From: Planctomycetota bacterium
Lineage (GTDB): Bacteria > Planctomycetota > UBA1135 > GCA-002686595
Direction of reading: 5' to 3'
Length of the DNA stretch: 64,000 bases
NCBI GenBank assembly: GCA_947484275.1
Contig: CANKOY010000017.1
Span: 1-64,000, forward strand
The stretch's first letter is position 1; every line of letters begins with the position of its first letter. The position numbers were made by a program, and so were the translations under genes. Shown piece after piece: positions 46,741 through 57,113 of this stretch. A model generated the notes under the pieces. The model had not been told where the DNA came from. It saw only the letters and a program-made list of their open reading frames with translations, and did no database searches.

Positions 46741-48726
46741 TCAAGGGCCAACGATGAACTCGAGCCCGTTGGAAAGCGTCGAGTTGTTCGGGGACGCGAA
46801 GCCGTTGTCGCGACCCCAGAACTGGCAATCCACCAGCGTGCCCAAAACCGTCAGGAACGCCTGCGGGCTGCCACCGAGACCGCCAACGGCGAACGTGTTC
46901 ATGTCGATCGCGTAGGTGCCCGAGCAATCGTTCGGCGGAGGATTGCCACCCGAGTTCAGCGCGGTGGAGCGACGGACCGGCGTGCCGACGCAGCGCAGAC
47001 CGCCTTGGAACGGAACTGCCGCTTGACCACCATTGGTGTAAAGCAAGAGGCCCGGCTTGTTGTTGATCACGTTCGTCGCGGTGACGCTGAAGCCCACACC
47101 GGCCGTCGCGCTCGAAACGCCCGAGGATCCGATCGAGGGCGTGCAGCCCAGCGAGTTCACTTTCGCCGTGCAGTAGACGACCGGGCAGGTGCCCGAGAGC
47201 GTGTAACCGAACGCGGACGATGCGGTCCAATCCGAAAGCCAGGTCCTGCAGGAAGCGCCAGGCTCGAAGCCTCCGCGGTAGGACGCTGGGGTGAAGAATC
47301 CGTCGTTGGGGGCCGAGGCAACGCTGACCATGGCGGCGTTCGCCGGACGCGGGTTGAGCCCGATGACCGGAACCATCGTCTTGCCCCCCTTGACCACGGC
47401 CGGGCCGCGGGTGACCGACACCACGGGCGCGTCAGCGTCCAGGATGCCCGGGATCAGCACGTTGTTGTTGCCCGCACCGAACACTCCAACGGTGGTCGCC
47501 TGGGTGTAGGCCGAGGCGAACGGATTGCGGAAGAAGACGCTGTCGGTGACCTCGGCCAATTTGCCCGAGGTTTGCACCTGGTAGAACGCTGCCGGATTCG
47601 CCGGATCATTGGCATGGGCCGGGACTGCATTGAAGTCGGTCGTCCAGGTGTTCGCCCAGCTCAAGGTCCCATTGAATCCGTAGCCGTTGGCGCCATCGCC
47701 ATCTACGTTGTCGAACTTGACCAGCTCCTCGCCGAGGTCCATGAAGATGCAGTTGCGGTACTGAGCACGAGCGTTGTCGCGCCAGGCCGTTCCATGGTCA
47801 CCGGCAACCGGCTGGCCGATCACCGTGAAGTTGTAGATCGTCGTCGTGGTCACGGGCTGCCAGTTGGAGTCCTCGGCGCCGTCCACCTCGAAGCAGTTGT
47901 CGCCGACGCCCGAGCCCTGGGCCGCGTTCAGGCTGTGGCCTTGAACGATCAGGCCAAACTGCGCCTTCCCGCGCCAACCCTGGTCGACGTCGAAGGAGTC
48001 GTCACCGATGTTCCAGATGCTGATGTACTTCAGGCCGACGGTCCCGCCCCAAATCTCGATGCCGTCGTCGACGTTGTTCATGATCTCAACGTGATGGATG
48101 TCCGTGCCACGGCCGATGCCGCCGAGGGACAGACCGTTCAACTCGTTGTTCAGCCCGACGACCTTGCCGCCGTAGCGCAGCGACAGATAGCTGATCGTGC
48201 CGCTGTCATCGTCGTCGTTGCCCCCGCCGTAGCGATCCGTCGAGGGCCCGTTCACGAGGCCTTCCATGTCGGCGACGTTGCTGGCGCTCGGGACAGGTGT
48301 GTTCGTACCAATGGCGTTTTCGGAAATGAAAGCCGCGCCCATGATCGTGAGATTGCCCCACTCGTTGGCGGACTCGCGCCACGTTCCGGTCTGGGGGTTG
48401 CCGCTGATCCAGGTGGCCTGGTCGGCCGTGGAAGTCATGATCACGGGCTGGGTGCGCGTGCCGTTGACGAAGATCTGCGCGCCCTTGCACACCGCGAGGC
48501 TGCCGCCAAGGTTGGTCTGGCTTGCGATGACGGTGCCCGGCTCGATCGTCAGTGTTGCGCCGGGCAGCACGTAGATCTGCTGCTGCAGCTTGTAGGTGTT
48601 GTTCGCTGTCCAGGTCGTTGAAACAGCGATGTTTGCGGTCACGAGGATGTCGGCGGCCTGGGCGGTCGAAGCAAGGCCGGCGCAAAGCAGGGCGGGAACG
48701 GCGGTTCCCTTCAAGAGGCGTCTCAC
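46741..48726 (-). CDS. Secreted right-handed parallel beta-helix protein carrying the same approximately 150 aa Cys-rich C-terminal domain as the LVIVD protein.
   Basis: GTG start at 48726 with an AGGAGA RBS 7 nt upstream. Signal peptide [22 protein letters not shown]-terminal [30 protein letters not shown] is typical of beta-helix glycosidase/lyase-like proteins. The C-terminal 150 aa are approximately 65% identical to those of the 31840..33903 protein. Confidence 0.75.
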   Translation of the reverse strand: MRRLLKGTAVPALLCAGLASTAQAADILVTANIAVSTTWTANNTYKLQQQIYVLPGATLTIEPGTVIASQTNLGGSLAVCKGAQIFVNGTRTQPVIMTSTADQATWISGNPQTGTWRESANEWGNLTIMGAAFISENAIGTNTPVPSASNVADMEGLVNGPSTDRYGGGNDDDDSGTISYLSLRYGGKVVGLNNELNGLSLGGIGRGTDIHHVEIMNNVDDGIEIWGGTVGLKYISIWNIGDDSFDVDQGWRGKAQFGLIVQGHSLNAAQGSGVGDNCFEVDGAEDSNWQPVTTTTIYNFTVIGQPVAGDHGTAWRDNARAQYRNCIFMDLGEELVKFDNVDGDGANGYGFNGTLSWANTWTTDFNAVPAHANDPANPAAFYQVQTSGKLAEVTDSVFFRNPFASAYTQATTVGVFGAGNNNVLIPGILDADAPVVSVTRGPAVVKGGKTMVPVIGLNPRPANAAMVSVASAPNDGFFTPASYRGGFEPGASCRTWLSDWTASSAFGYTLSGTCPVVYCTAKVNSLGCTPSIGSSGVSSATAGVGFSVTATNVINNKPGLLLYTNGGQAAVPFQGGLRCVGTPVRRSTALNSGGNPPPNDCSGTYAIDMNTFAVGGLGGSPQAFLTVLGTLVDCQFWGRDNGFASPNNSTLSNGLEFIVGP

Positions 48727-49059
48727 GGTTGGCTCTCCTTGGAGTCGGATGGGGATCTCCGCGCAGGCCAGGGAGACTCCCCGGCGAAATGCTGCACGTG
48801 CGGGGGATGCTAGAAGCGCTTTGTGCATGGCCCGTGAAGCGACAGTGAAAGTCCGCCGGGAAAAACGACCGCGCCAGAGCACAGGATCAGGGCCCAGCAT
48901 CCAGCGCGAACCCCTGCGGACCGCTGGACCTTGAGAGCGTGATCGCGCCGCCAGCGCACCTTTCCGCCTGCCGGACCCGAGAGAAACGACACCGGATGAC
49001 GCGCAGGAGGCTGCGCGCTGTGAACTCCTCTCGAAAAGGAGTTGTGTTCGAAGGCTGGG

Positions 49060-50469
49060 TTAGCGCTGAGACTTGGAAAGGCGCTCGACCTGCTCGAGGT
49101 AGCGCGCAATGTCCTCGCGCGGCTTGAGTTCCTGCGTGCGTCGCAACGGCGCAAGTGCGTCGCTGTACCTGCCCATCCCCACGAGTACCTGCGCTTGACT
49201 GATCAGGGCCTGGGGCGCGTAGGCATCCAGGCTCGCGGCGCGCTCGTAGTAGAAAATCGCGCGGTCCGGTTGGCTGGTCCGCGAGTAGTGCTTGGCCAAG
49301 AGCATCAATGCCTCGCCATCCAGTGGATCGACCTTGACGATCTCCTCGAGCACGCTCGCAGTTTCCTCGTTCTCGCTACCGTCGGCCATGGCAAGTCGCG
49401 CGTCGAGTTTCAGCAACTTCTGGCGCTCGATCGGCTCGATTCGTCCCGCCCAGGAGCTGTTGATGCGCCCCAGAACTTCGCGCGCCAGTTGCGGCGTCCC
49501 GCGCGAGGCGAGAATTTCCGCGGCTCGCATGGGGCGGGAGATGGGTTGATTCACATCGACATCGATCGCGCGCAGGTAAGCCCGGGCGGCGAGGTCCAGC
49601 AGGTTTTCCCCGACGTAAATGTCGGCGAGCGTGTGCGCGCTGTCGACGCTCGCAAGCCCCAGGCGATCGATGGCCTCAAGGTTGACGGCAGCCTTCAGCG
49701 GTTGCTTCAGCCCAAGATAGGCGTGTGCCTGCAACAGCCAGAATTCTGCTTTGTCCGGATAGCGCGCAATCAGGACCTCCAATAGCGAGGCGCAATCCTC
49801 GAACTTGCCCTGCCGAAACACACAGCGCGTGAGCCCCAGACGCCACTCGGTGTTTTCGGGCTGCAGCAACAGCGCATTGCGGTACGCCGCCTCCGCGGGC
49901 TGATAGTCCTGCTTGGACGAATACGCGAATCCGAGGAGCCCATAGGAATAGGCGTCTCCGCCACCAAGCTCGAGCATGCGCACGAACGCGGCAATCGCCG
50001 GATCGTATTTGCCCTGACGCACCTGGATCAGCCCCAAGTTGCGCCAGGCACGGCGAAAGCTCGGGAACTTCTTGATCGCCTTGTCGTAGCTCTCGAGCGC
50101 CGAATCGAAGTTTTCCTGCTGGAAATGAATGCCGGCGAGGGTGAAATCAAGGATCGCCGAGCAATCCGGCTTCATGGCCTTCTTCAGCGCCGCCTCGGCC
50201 TTGGCCAAGTCGTTCGCCGCCATCAATGGACGCACCTTCTCGAGAATCCCAACCTCATCAAGGGTGACGCGCGGCTCGATCTCGGCGTTGACTCCGTAGG
50301 CCGCGACGAACTGACGCTGGAACGTGGGATCGTTCCAGATCGATTCGATAGTTCCTCGGGCGCTCTCCTGGGCGGCCGCGCCAGCTGCCAGGATCAAGCC
50401 CGCCACGCAGGTCCCCAGGATTGTGAAGCTGCGCCGTGCTCGGCGCCCATTGCTCAAGGTTTTCATGTT
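49060..50469 (-). CDS. TPR-repeat periplasmic protein of the TonB system cluster (TtpD-like).
   Basis: Signal peptide (MKTLSNGRRARRSFTILGTCVAGLILAAGAAAQ). Multiple TPR-like repeats. It is the last gene of the minus-strand TonB cluster. Confidence 0.7.
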   Translation of the reverse strand, partial: NMKTLSNGRRARRSFTILGTCVAGLILAAGAAAQESARGTIESIWNDPTFQRQFVAAYGVNAEIEPRVTLDEVGILEKVRPLMAANDLAKAEAALKKAMKPDCSAILDFTLAGIHFQQENFDSALESYDKAIKKFPSFRRAWRNLGLIQVRQGKYDPAIAAFVRMLELGGGDAYSYGLLGFAYSSKQDYQPAEAAYRNALLLQPENTEWRLGLTRCVFRQGKFEDCASLLEVLIARYPDKAEFWLLQAHAYLGLKQPLKAAVNLEAIDRLGLASVDSAHTLADIYVGENLLDLAARAYLRAIDVDVNQPISRPMRAAEILASRGTPQLAREVLGRINSSWAGRIEPIERQKLLKLDARLAMADGSENEETASVLEEIVKVDPLDGEALMLLAKHYSRTSQPDRAIFYYERAASLDAYAPQALISQAQVLVGMGRYSDALAPLRRTQELKPREDIARYLEQVERLSKSQR

Positions 50470-50477
50470 CAAGTTCC

Positions 50478-51185
50478 TCAGTCGGGTTGAAAGCGCATGG
50501 TCAAGCGCATCCTCGCGGGGACACGTTTTCCACCCTGGAGCCGTGGCTCGAAGCGCCACTGGCGAATGGCCTCCAGCGCGGGCCGCTCAAAGGCGGGGTG
50601 CGAGGACTCCGCGACCTTGGGAGTGTTCACGCTGCCGCTCTCGTCGAGATTGAAGATCAGCGTGACTTGTCCGTCGATGTTCTTGCGACGCAGTTCGGCG
50701 GGATACAGCGGCGCCACTTGGAAAATGGCGCGCGCACTTTGATCGAATTCGGACAAACCGAGCGCGGTCTCGATCGGGTCGCCGGGACCGCCAGCCTTGC
50801 CCGTGCCGCCGATGCGTCCGCCTGAGCTGAAACTGAGTGCGGCGCCGAAGTCAGAGCCGCCACCGGTTTGGTTCAGCGCCGCCTCGATCGCGCTCAGGCT
50901 GGCGGCCTCCAGCGCCGGAGCGCTCTCCTCGAGGCTGGGAGCGCTGCTTTGAGCCACGTCGATCGGGTCCGGAGGACTCTCGGTTTCTTGCTCGAGTTCC
51001 TGCTCCTGCGGCACTTCCTCCTGTGGCTCCTCGGGTTTCTGCGCTTCGACTGCGCCGAGCAATTCCACTTCCTGCGTGGTCGCAACGCTGCTCTCGCCCT
51101 GGCCGAACAACAGACCACCGAACAGCAGGATCCCCAAGTGGAGCAGCACTGCCCCCACGATTCCGAGTCCCCAAGCGACCTTCAC
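50478..51185 (-). CDS. tonB: Energy transducer TonB.
   Basis: N-terminal TM. Pro/Glu-rich spacer (EEPQEEVPQEQELEQETESPP). C-terminal TonB domain (NIDGQVTLIFNLDESGSVNTPKV...RMRLTMRF). Overlaps exbD by 4 nt. Confidence 0.85.
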   Translation of the reverse strand: MKVAWGLGIVGAVLLHLGILLFGGLLFGQGESSVATTQEVELLGAVEAQKPEEPQEEVPQEQELEQETESPPDPIDVAQSSAPSLEESAPALEAASLSAIEAALNQTGGGSDFGAALSFSSGGRIGGTGKAGGPGDPIETALGLSEFDQSARAIFQVAPLYPAELRRKNIDGQVTLIFNLDESGSVNTPKVAESSHPAFERPALEAIRQWRFEPRLQGGKRVPARMRLTMRFQPD

Positions 51186-51604
51186 TTGCGCTCCGTGTTG
51201 ATGCCGACCTTGGCGATTCCGATCCGGCGAACTTCGTCGAGGACGGCGACCACGTGCTTGAAGTTGGCGCCGCCATCGCTGTTGATCATCACCTTGGGGT
51301 CCTTCGAAGTCGCCTTGAAGGTCTGCAGCTTGAGGGGCAGTTGGGCCAAGGTGATCTTCTCCTTGTTGAAGAAGACGTCGCCCTTCTCATTCACGCTCAG
51401 CGTGACGGCCTTCTCCATTTCCTGCTGATCGCCGAGCGACGCCGCAGTGGCCGCCGTGGGTAGCGCGACTTGCACGCCCTCGTTCTTGGTCATCGAGAGC
51501 GAGACCATGATGAACGTGGCCAGCAGGAAGAAGATGATGTCGATCAGCGGGATGATCTCGATCCGCGCCCGCTTGCGTGACTGGCTGCTTCTGGAACGTC
51601 GCAT
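51182..51604 (-). CDS. exbD: Biopolymer transport protein ExbD/TolR.
   Basis: 140 aa. IPLIDIIFFLLATFIM is an ExbD N-terminal TM. Periplasmic ExbD domain. Confidence 0.9.
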   Translation of the reverse strand: MRRSRSSQSRKRARIEIIPLIDIIFFLLATFIMVSLSMTKNEGVQVALPTAATAASLGDQQEMEKAVTLSVNEKGDVFFNKEKITLAQLPLKLQTFKATSKDPKVMINSDGGANFKHVVAVLDEVRRIGIAKVGINTERK

Positions 51605-51606
51605 GG

Positions 51607-53028
51607 CTAGGTGGTGGCCTGGGGCGCGATTTCAGCCGCGGCATTCCCGTGGGGATGAACGAGCAACTCGAGCTGCGTGGCAGCGGACTCGATTTCATGG
51701 CCGGCCTCCTCCATCTTCGTATTCAGGAAGTTGAAGGGGATCAGAGCCGTGATCGCGATGCCCAGGCCGAACGCGGTCGCGATCAGCGCTTCGGCAATCC
51801 CGCCGGTGATCGCTCCGGGCGCGCTGAGCTCGCCGCCGATCAAGGCGAAGGAACCCATCATGCCCACCACCGTGCCCAACAGCCCGAGCAACGGTGCCAG
51901 GGTGATCACCGTGTCGAGAATCGGAATTCCGCGCCGGAAGCGCTTGAGCTCCTGAGCCTGGGCGAAGAACAGCGCGTTGGCCAGGGATTGCTCCTGGTGT
52001 CCGAGCGCGTAGCCAAGGGCACGCACGAGGTAGAACTTGCTCTCCCTGCCGATGCGAATCGCGGACTCGATATCGCCTCGGTTGACCGCGGCAAAGAAGC
52101 TCTCCAGTGCCGCTGGATCGCGCTTGATTCGTTCGCGCATCAGGAAGATGACGCGCTCGAGCACCGTGCCCAGGGCGAGGATCGATGCCAATAGCAGCGG
52201 CCACATGATCGGCCCGCCCTTCTCGAAGATGTGGAACAAGTTCGTGCGCTGCACCAGGGCCTTGAGCGCGCCGCCGCGCGACGGATCGAGCGGCATGAAC
52301 CCCTCTCCGCTGTCCACGAGCGACAGCAGCCCTGCCTGCATCTCACCTTCGAGCGGACGAATCAGCGGACGGCTGGAACCGGACTGGGGCACGACGAGGC
52401 CCGCGGCGCCGCCGCCGTCGGAGCGAAAAAGGGCCACCGGACCGAGCAGGGCGAACTGACCGCGGGACACCGCACCCAGCAAGTCGACTCCGACTCCCGG
52501 GAACCGCATGCCGCCGACCGCATCGAACAACCGTTGCAGCGACAGATTGGCCAGCTCGAGCTGGATCGCGAACTTCTGCGGCATGGAAAGCGCGCTGTTC
52601 TCACCGGCCTGCTTGGCCCGGTCGATCGCCTCCTGGCAGTACTGCAATTCGCAGACGTTGATCTTGGACTCGAACGTGCGCGCGTACTCGTCCAGCAGGT
52701 TGCCCACATAGGTGAACTCGTCCTGGCGCGACTTGATCTCCGAGCGCAGTCCGGGAAGATCCAGGTTGCCCTGATCCATCAGGCGCGTGACGCGCTCGTG
52801 CTCGCGGCGCAATCGAGTCAGCTGCTCCTCGGCGACAGTCAGGTCCTGGGCCAGGGGCAGTTTCTCCCCGGCAATTTTCTCGCGCAGTTGATTGAGCTCA
52901 AGAATGCTGATGTCGAGCTGGGCCTTGGCGGACCCCGCGAGCTGATCGATGGTGCCTTCAGCCGAACTTTGGGCAGCGGCGGGCAGTGCGAGCAGCAGAG
53001 CCCAAAGTGTGATCGTCAAGAGTTTCAT
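51607..53028 (-). CDS. MotA/TolQ/ExbB-family proton-channel protein with a approximately 250 aa N-terminal periplasmic extension (TtpC-like).
   Basis: Signal peptide (MKLLTITLWALLLALPAAAQS). Long coiled-coil periplasmic region. C-terminal 3-TM MotA_ExbB domain (LGLLGTVVGMMGSF...GIAEALIATAFGLGIAI). Confidence 0.85.
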   Translation of the reverse strand: MKLLTITLWALLLALPAAAQSSAEGTIDQLAGSAKAQLDISILELNQLREKIAGEKLPLAQDLTVAEEQLTRLRREHERVTRLMDQGNLDLPGLRSEIKSRQDEFTYVGNLLDEYARTFESKINVCELQYCQEAIDRAKQAGENSALSMPQKFAIQLELANLSLQRLFDAVGGMRFPGVGVDLLGAVSRGQFALLGPVALFRSDGGGAAGLVVPQSGSSRPLIRPLEGEMQAGLLSLVDSGEGFMPLDPSRGGALKALVQRTNLFHIFEKGGPIMWPLLLASILALGTVLERVIFLMRERIKRDPAALESFFAAVNRGDIESAIRIGRESKFYLVRALGYALGHQEQSLANALFFAQAQELKRFRRGIPILDTVITLAPLLGLLGTVVGMMGSFALIGGELSAPGAITGGIAEALIATAFGLGIAITALIPFNFLNTKMEEAGHEIESAATQLELLVHPHGNAAAEIAPQATT

Positions 53029-53921
53029 TGGATCCTCACCGGCAACGGCACGAAGGCCGGAGTTTGCTTGCCCTGGAGGATTTCCAGTGCGTTCAAAACG
53101 TCCTTGGCCAGGGCAGCCGAGGGTTTCCACGCCCAGCCATCAGCAGTGGGCGTGCCGACGCCAGCTTCGCCCGAGGCGCTGACGTAGTAGCCCTGGGCCA
53201 GGCCCACGTACAGCGCACGGACTTCCGAAGGCCGCCCATTGGCCAGTTCACGCACTTCGTAGCTGACCGTGATCTCGCCGTTCTGCTTGTTGACCTCATT
53301 GAGGATGCCGAGCACGTTTTGAAAACGCTCCGCAACACTGACCCGCGACTCGGCCGTGTCCGCGGGGACGCGCTGGGTCAAGGGCGAGAGCTTCCCTTGC
53401 ATCGGCTCAGGCAATTGCCGAACCAGGCGCAGGATCCTCGACTCCATCTCGCCCACGGACACGGCGAGATTCGAGCCATCGGCCTTGAGAAGGTCGTTCT
53501 CGGCAACCAACTCCGCGCGCTTCTTGTCCGCCTCGGCCACGCTGGCCTCGGCCTGCTTGATCTTCTCCTCGAGGAGCGCGACCTCGCGCTGGACCAGTTC
53601 CAGTCGGCTGACCAGGATCTCGCGACCCTGCTGCCAGTCATTGCGTTCGTGCGAGATGATCTGCTGGGTTTCAATCCACTTGGTCAGGGTCATGCGCGTT
53701 TCCTCCAGCGAGGGTGCAGATCGCGGATCGTCGCCGCTCACCGCTGACTCGCCAGGCGCCCCAATCCCCGGCGTGGGCCCGGCGAAGCTGCCGATCGAAA
53801 CGACCGAGCAGGCGGCGGCTCCGGTGAGGAACCGGCGCAATCCCCCTCGCGGGCGCGCTGCCTTGGCGCGGCGCGGCGGGCGTTCTTGGGGTGAACAGGA
53901 GTTCGTCATTTGCTTATTCAT
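53025..53921 (-). CDS. DUF3450-family periplasmic protein (TtpB-like) of the TonB2-type cluster.
   Basis: Coiled-coil-rich secreted protein of about 300 aa, positioned directly upstream of the long ExbB-like gene as in Vibrio ttpB-ttpC. There is an ATGA overlap with the next gene. Confidence 0.55.
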   Translation of the reverse strand: MNKQMTNSCSPQERPPRRAKAARPRGGLRRFLTGAAACSVVSIGSFAGPTPGIGAPGESAVSGDDPRSAPSLEETRMTLTKWIETQQIISHERNDWQQGREILVSRLELVQREVALLEEKIKQAEASVAEADKKRAELVAENDLLKADGSNLAVSVGEMESRILRLVRQLPEPMQGKLSPLTQRVPADTAESRVSVAERFQNVLGILNEVNKQNGEITVSYEVRELANGRPSEVRALYVGLAQGYYVSASGEAGVGTPTADGWAWKPSAALAKDVLNALEILQGKQTPAFVPLPVRIQ

Positions 53922-53974
53922 GCGTCAGTTCGCTGGTTCGTTTGCGATGTGTGGATCGGTGCAATGTCGATGAT

Positions 53975-56900
53975 TCAAAGTGCGATGGTCGCGGTGAGGC
54001 TCAGCGAGTATTCGATTCCCCTGGAGTAGGAGCTCTTTTCCACGTCTCCGCCGATGTAGGGCGAGCGATAGACCTCCTCGATCGAAGGGTCGGTGAGGTT
54101 CTTGGCCTGGAACTGCAGCTTGAAGTACTTGCCAAGACGCTGTGAGACGCTCAGGTTCAGAGTGTCGTACCCAAGCGCGTAGGCGTTCGGCACGAAGTTG
54201 CCCAGGGCCTGCCCCGCGCCGGCCACCAGCGTGTCGCCTTGGATGGTGTAGAACAGCGCAATCTGCGTGTCAGTCTTCGCTATGTCGTAGGTGACGAAGA
54301 AGTTGCAGAGGTACTCAGGCGCGTTGGTCATGTCGCGCGAGCGCATCGGCGCCTGGATTCCCGGCAAATTGAAAGCGGCGGCTTCCGCGGCCGGCAGGAT
54401 CACTTCAGATTCGATGAGCGTGCCGTTGGCGCCGACCGTCAAGCCAGCGAAGGAATCCGAGAGTACGCCGATGTCCTGGCGGAGTTCCAATTCGAAGCCA
54501 GTGAGCTCGCCCTTGGGATAGTTGATCGGCGTGGTGTATGTGAAGCCGGCAAGTCGCTGCACGTACTCGATCGGATCGCGAATGTCCTTCTTGAACCAGG
54601 AGCACGATACGAGCCCGCCTTCATAGGGCACGTAGTCCGCGCGCAAGTCGTAGTTGTCGAGCGCGCTCATTTCCAGCGTCGGCTCGCCGATGAAGATCGG
54701 GCCGCCCGCGTATTCCTGCTGCAGGATTGGCGTGAGTTCCTTGAACGTCTGGCGCGCGACGGTCTGACTGAAGGAGCTGCGCAGGGTCCAACGCTCCGCT
54801 GGTTCGTAAACCACACCGATCGACGGCAGCAGGTCGTCCTGTCGGAAGGAAACGTCGCCATCGCCCTGCTGCATGGACACCGGGGCCGTGGCGCCGGGCG
54901 GAATCCAGGTCGCGCTGGATTCCGGATCGTTGGCGATGTCGAGCCTCGTGGATTCGGCGCGCGCGCCTCCGATGACGCTCCAGCGCTTCGAAAGCGGCAT
55001 GTCGACCATGGCATAGAGCGCCTTGATGTCCTGCGTGGCCCGATAGTCGACGTCGAACAGTGACTCGGTAATCGGATGGCTCTCGGCCGGAAAGCTCGCG
55101 CTCCAGAACTCGTCGAACTCCCCTACGAAAAACGCGCCTGCGTCGCCGAAGTTGCTGAATGTGTCCTGATCGAACCCACGTTTCACTGAGTCGTCGAACA
55201 GGCCGACCTTCACGTAGCCGGAGTCTGCGGTCCATTGCTCGAACGGGAAATTGAGATTGATCGAGTACTGGTCGCTCTCCTCGTTCACCGACTTCCATAT
55301 CCGCTGAAAGTTCCCCAGGTTGAAATTTGCAGCCGGGAAGTACGGAAACCACGTAGCCGGCGTCGTGGAGGGCGGCGTGAATGGCGGCACGCCCGGATCA
55401 AAAGACGTGGCGTGGAAGAGTGCGCCGAACACCCGCTTGTCGGGCTGATACATGTCGGCCGTCGAATGGGACGCGGTCCAGCTCAGCTCCGGCGCCTTGA
55501 ACCGAAAGCTGGATCCGACGACATAGTCCTCGACGTCGAGGCTGTGCCTGCCCCCCAGCTGCAGCGTGCTCGTCGAGCGTTCGGTGTACTCGAGGGTTTC
55601 GAGGCGCAGGTGCGGCGCCGCATCGAGTTGATTGGGTTGGTTGCCGTTCCCGGTCGGGTTGTTTGGGTCGTAGCCAGGGAAAAAATATTCCTTGCCGCGG
55701 GTGTCTTGCGCGAGCGTCGCTGTGTCGCGCGCGTTGCGTGTGTACAGGTAGGACAGCCCGAGGAAGTTGCGCTCGGTCTCGATGCCGAGGCTGGCGAGAC
55801 CGCCCCAGGTCACTGACTGTGAACCTTGGACCACGTCGAAGAGCGAGGTCTTGAAGTTGCCATCGCCCGGCGTGCCCTGGTTCGTCTGCGGCACCATTCC
55901 CGCGCCCGGCGTCTCGACCCAGAGCGAATCGTCGCGACCGTCGTCGTGGAAGGAGCTCGAGCGCTCATAGAACAGGCTGGCGATGCCGCCGACCCTCACG
56001 CCGTTGTCGAAGGTACGTGCGTTGCCGGCTGTGAAGGACCATTTGTGGTCTGTGGGAGCTGTCCCTTCTGAAACTCCCGCCGCACCGTCCCAGTTCGAAC
56101 CCAGGTTCTGGAGCTGCTTGTCCCGACCGCCATCGTCGAGACCGAAGAAACTCAGGCCGCCGCCGCGGTACGTCAGGAAATCGTCGCGACCGGTGAGCCC
56201 GGGGCTGTAGGTGTACTGGGTCTTCAGCTGGAAAATCGGCTCGTCCGGCAGGCCCTTCAGGATCACGTTCACTGCGCCGCCTGAGGCATCGCCCTGCTGA
56301 TCTGGCGTGAAGGTCTTGCTGACCTGAATGCTGCTGATTACGGCGGTCGGGAACTGGTCGAGCTCCACGGCGCGCTTGTCCTCGTCCGCCGAGGGCAGGC
56401 GCACGCCGTTCATCTGGGAGTTGACATAGCGATCCGGCAGTCCGCGGATCACTGCATACTTCCCGCCTTGCACCGAAGCTCCCGCCACGAGCTTCAGGGC
56501 GGTGGCCGCGTCCCCGGCCCCCGCGCGACTCATCAGCTCCGATCCGATGGAGTCCATGAGCGCCGGGCTTTCGAAGCGCATGCGCAGGAGCGCAGCCTCG
56601 GAGCCCGCGTCGGGCTGCAGCAGATCGCGGACGATGTACTCGTCGAGTTCGGTGAACTCACCGTTCAGTTCGACGTCTACGTCGGCCAGTTGCCCAGCCG
56701 TGACCAGCACGTCCGCGCGCACCTGGCGGTAGTAGCCCTCCTTGATGAAGATCAGGGTGTAACGGCCCGCGGGAATCTGCGGGAAGACGAAGTTGCCCTC
56801 GCCTGTGCTCAGCGCCACCTGGCCGGTCTCGACGATCGTGATGCTCGCGCCAGCGAGAGGCACGTCGAAGTCCTTGTCGCGCACCAGGCCCCGGATCGAG

Positions 56901-56983
56901 CCCGAATCCTGCTGCGCAGACGCCATGACACTGAGAGAGACCATTGCTCCGAGGGTCAGCCAGCGGGATGAACTTCCTTTCAC
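53975..56983 (-). CDS. TonB-dependent outer-membrane receptor with an N-terminal carboxypeptidase-regulatory-like domain.
   Basis: 1002 aa. Signal peptide. CarbopepD_reg-like start (SGSIRGLVRDKDFDVPLAGASITIVETGQ). Plug domain and a 22-strand barrel-sized C-terminal region rich in aromatic/Gly beta-strand signatures. Confidence 0.9.
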   Translation of the reverse strand: MKGSSSRWLTLGAMVSLSVMASAQQDSGSIRGLVRDKDFDVPLAGASITIVETGQVALSTGEGNFVFPQIPAGRYTLIFIKEGYYRQVRADVLVTAGQLADVDVELNGEFTELDEYIVRDLLQPDAGSEAALLRMRFESPALMDSIGSELMSRAGAGDAATALKLVAGASVQGGKYAVIRGLPDRYVNSQMNGVRLPSADEDKRAVELDQFPTAVISSIQVSKTFTPDQQGDASGGAVNVILKGLPDEPIFQLKTQYTYSPGLTGRDDFLTYRGGGLSFFGLDDGGRDKQLQNLGSNWDGAAGVSEGTAPTDHKWSFTAGNARTFDNGVRVGGIASLFYERSSSFHDDGRDDSLWVETPGAGMVPQTNQGTPGDGNFKTSLFDVVQGSQSVTWGGLASLGIETERNFLGLSYLYTRNARDTATLAQDTRGKEYFFPGYDPNNPTGNGNQPNQLDAAPHLRLETLEYTERSTSTLQLGGRHSLDVEDYVVGSSFRFKAPELSWTASHSTADMYQPDKRVFGALFHATSFDPGVPPFTPPSTTPATWFPYFPAANFNLGNFQRIWKSVNEESDQYSINLNFPFEQWTADSGYVKVGLFDDSVKRGFDQDTFSNFGDAGAFFVGEFDEFWSASFPAESHPITESLFDVDYRATQDIKALYAMVDMPLSKRWSVIGGARAESTRLDIANDPESSATWIPPGATAPVSMQQGDGDVSFRQDDLLPSIGVVYEPAERWTLRSSFSQTVARQTFKELTPILQQEYAGGPIFIGEPTLEMSALDNYDLRADYVPYEGGLVSCSWFKKDIRDPIEYVQRLAGFTYTTPINYPKGELTGFELELRQDIGVLSDSFAGLTVGANGTLIESEVILPAAEAAAFNLPGIQAPMRSRDMTNAPEYLCNFFVTYDIAKTDTQIALFYTIQGDTLVAGAGQALGNFVPNAYALGYDTLNLSVSQRLGKYFKLQFQAKNLTDPSIEEVYRSPYIGGDVEKSSYSRGIEYSLSLTATIAL

Positions 56984-57113
56984 TACGATTCGCCTGTTCC
57001 GACTCGCGCGGGCTGTCTGGCAAGATTCAACGAGTCTCCGATCAGCGCCATGTGCAGCGAATATGAGAAACAGGTGAAGACGCGCGCGCCGCGCGGAGAC
57101 ACTGCCCCGAAGG

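Noticed and set aside
46714-48621. 635 aa plus-strand ORF opposite the beta-helix protein gene
   Set aside because: The minus-strand frame has a signal peptide, beta-helix motifs and a C-terminal domain shared with a paralogue. The plus-strand translation is Arg/Val/Asp/Gly-rich with no features.
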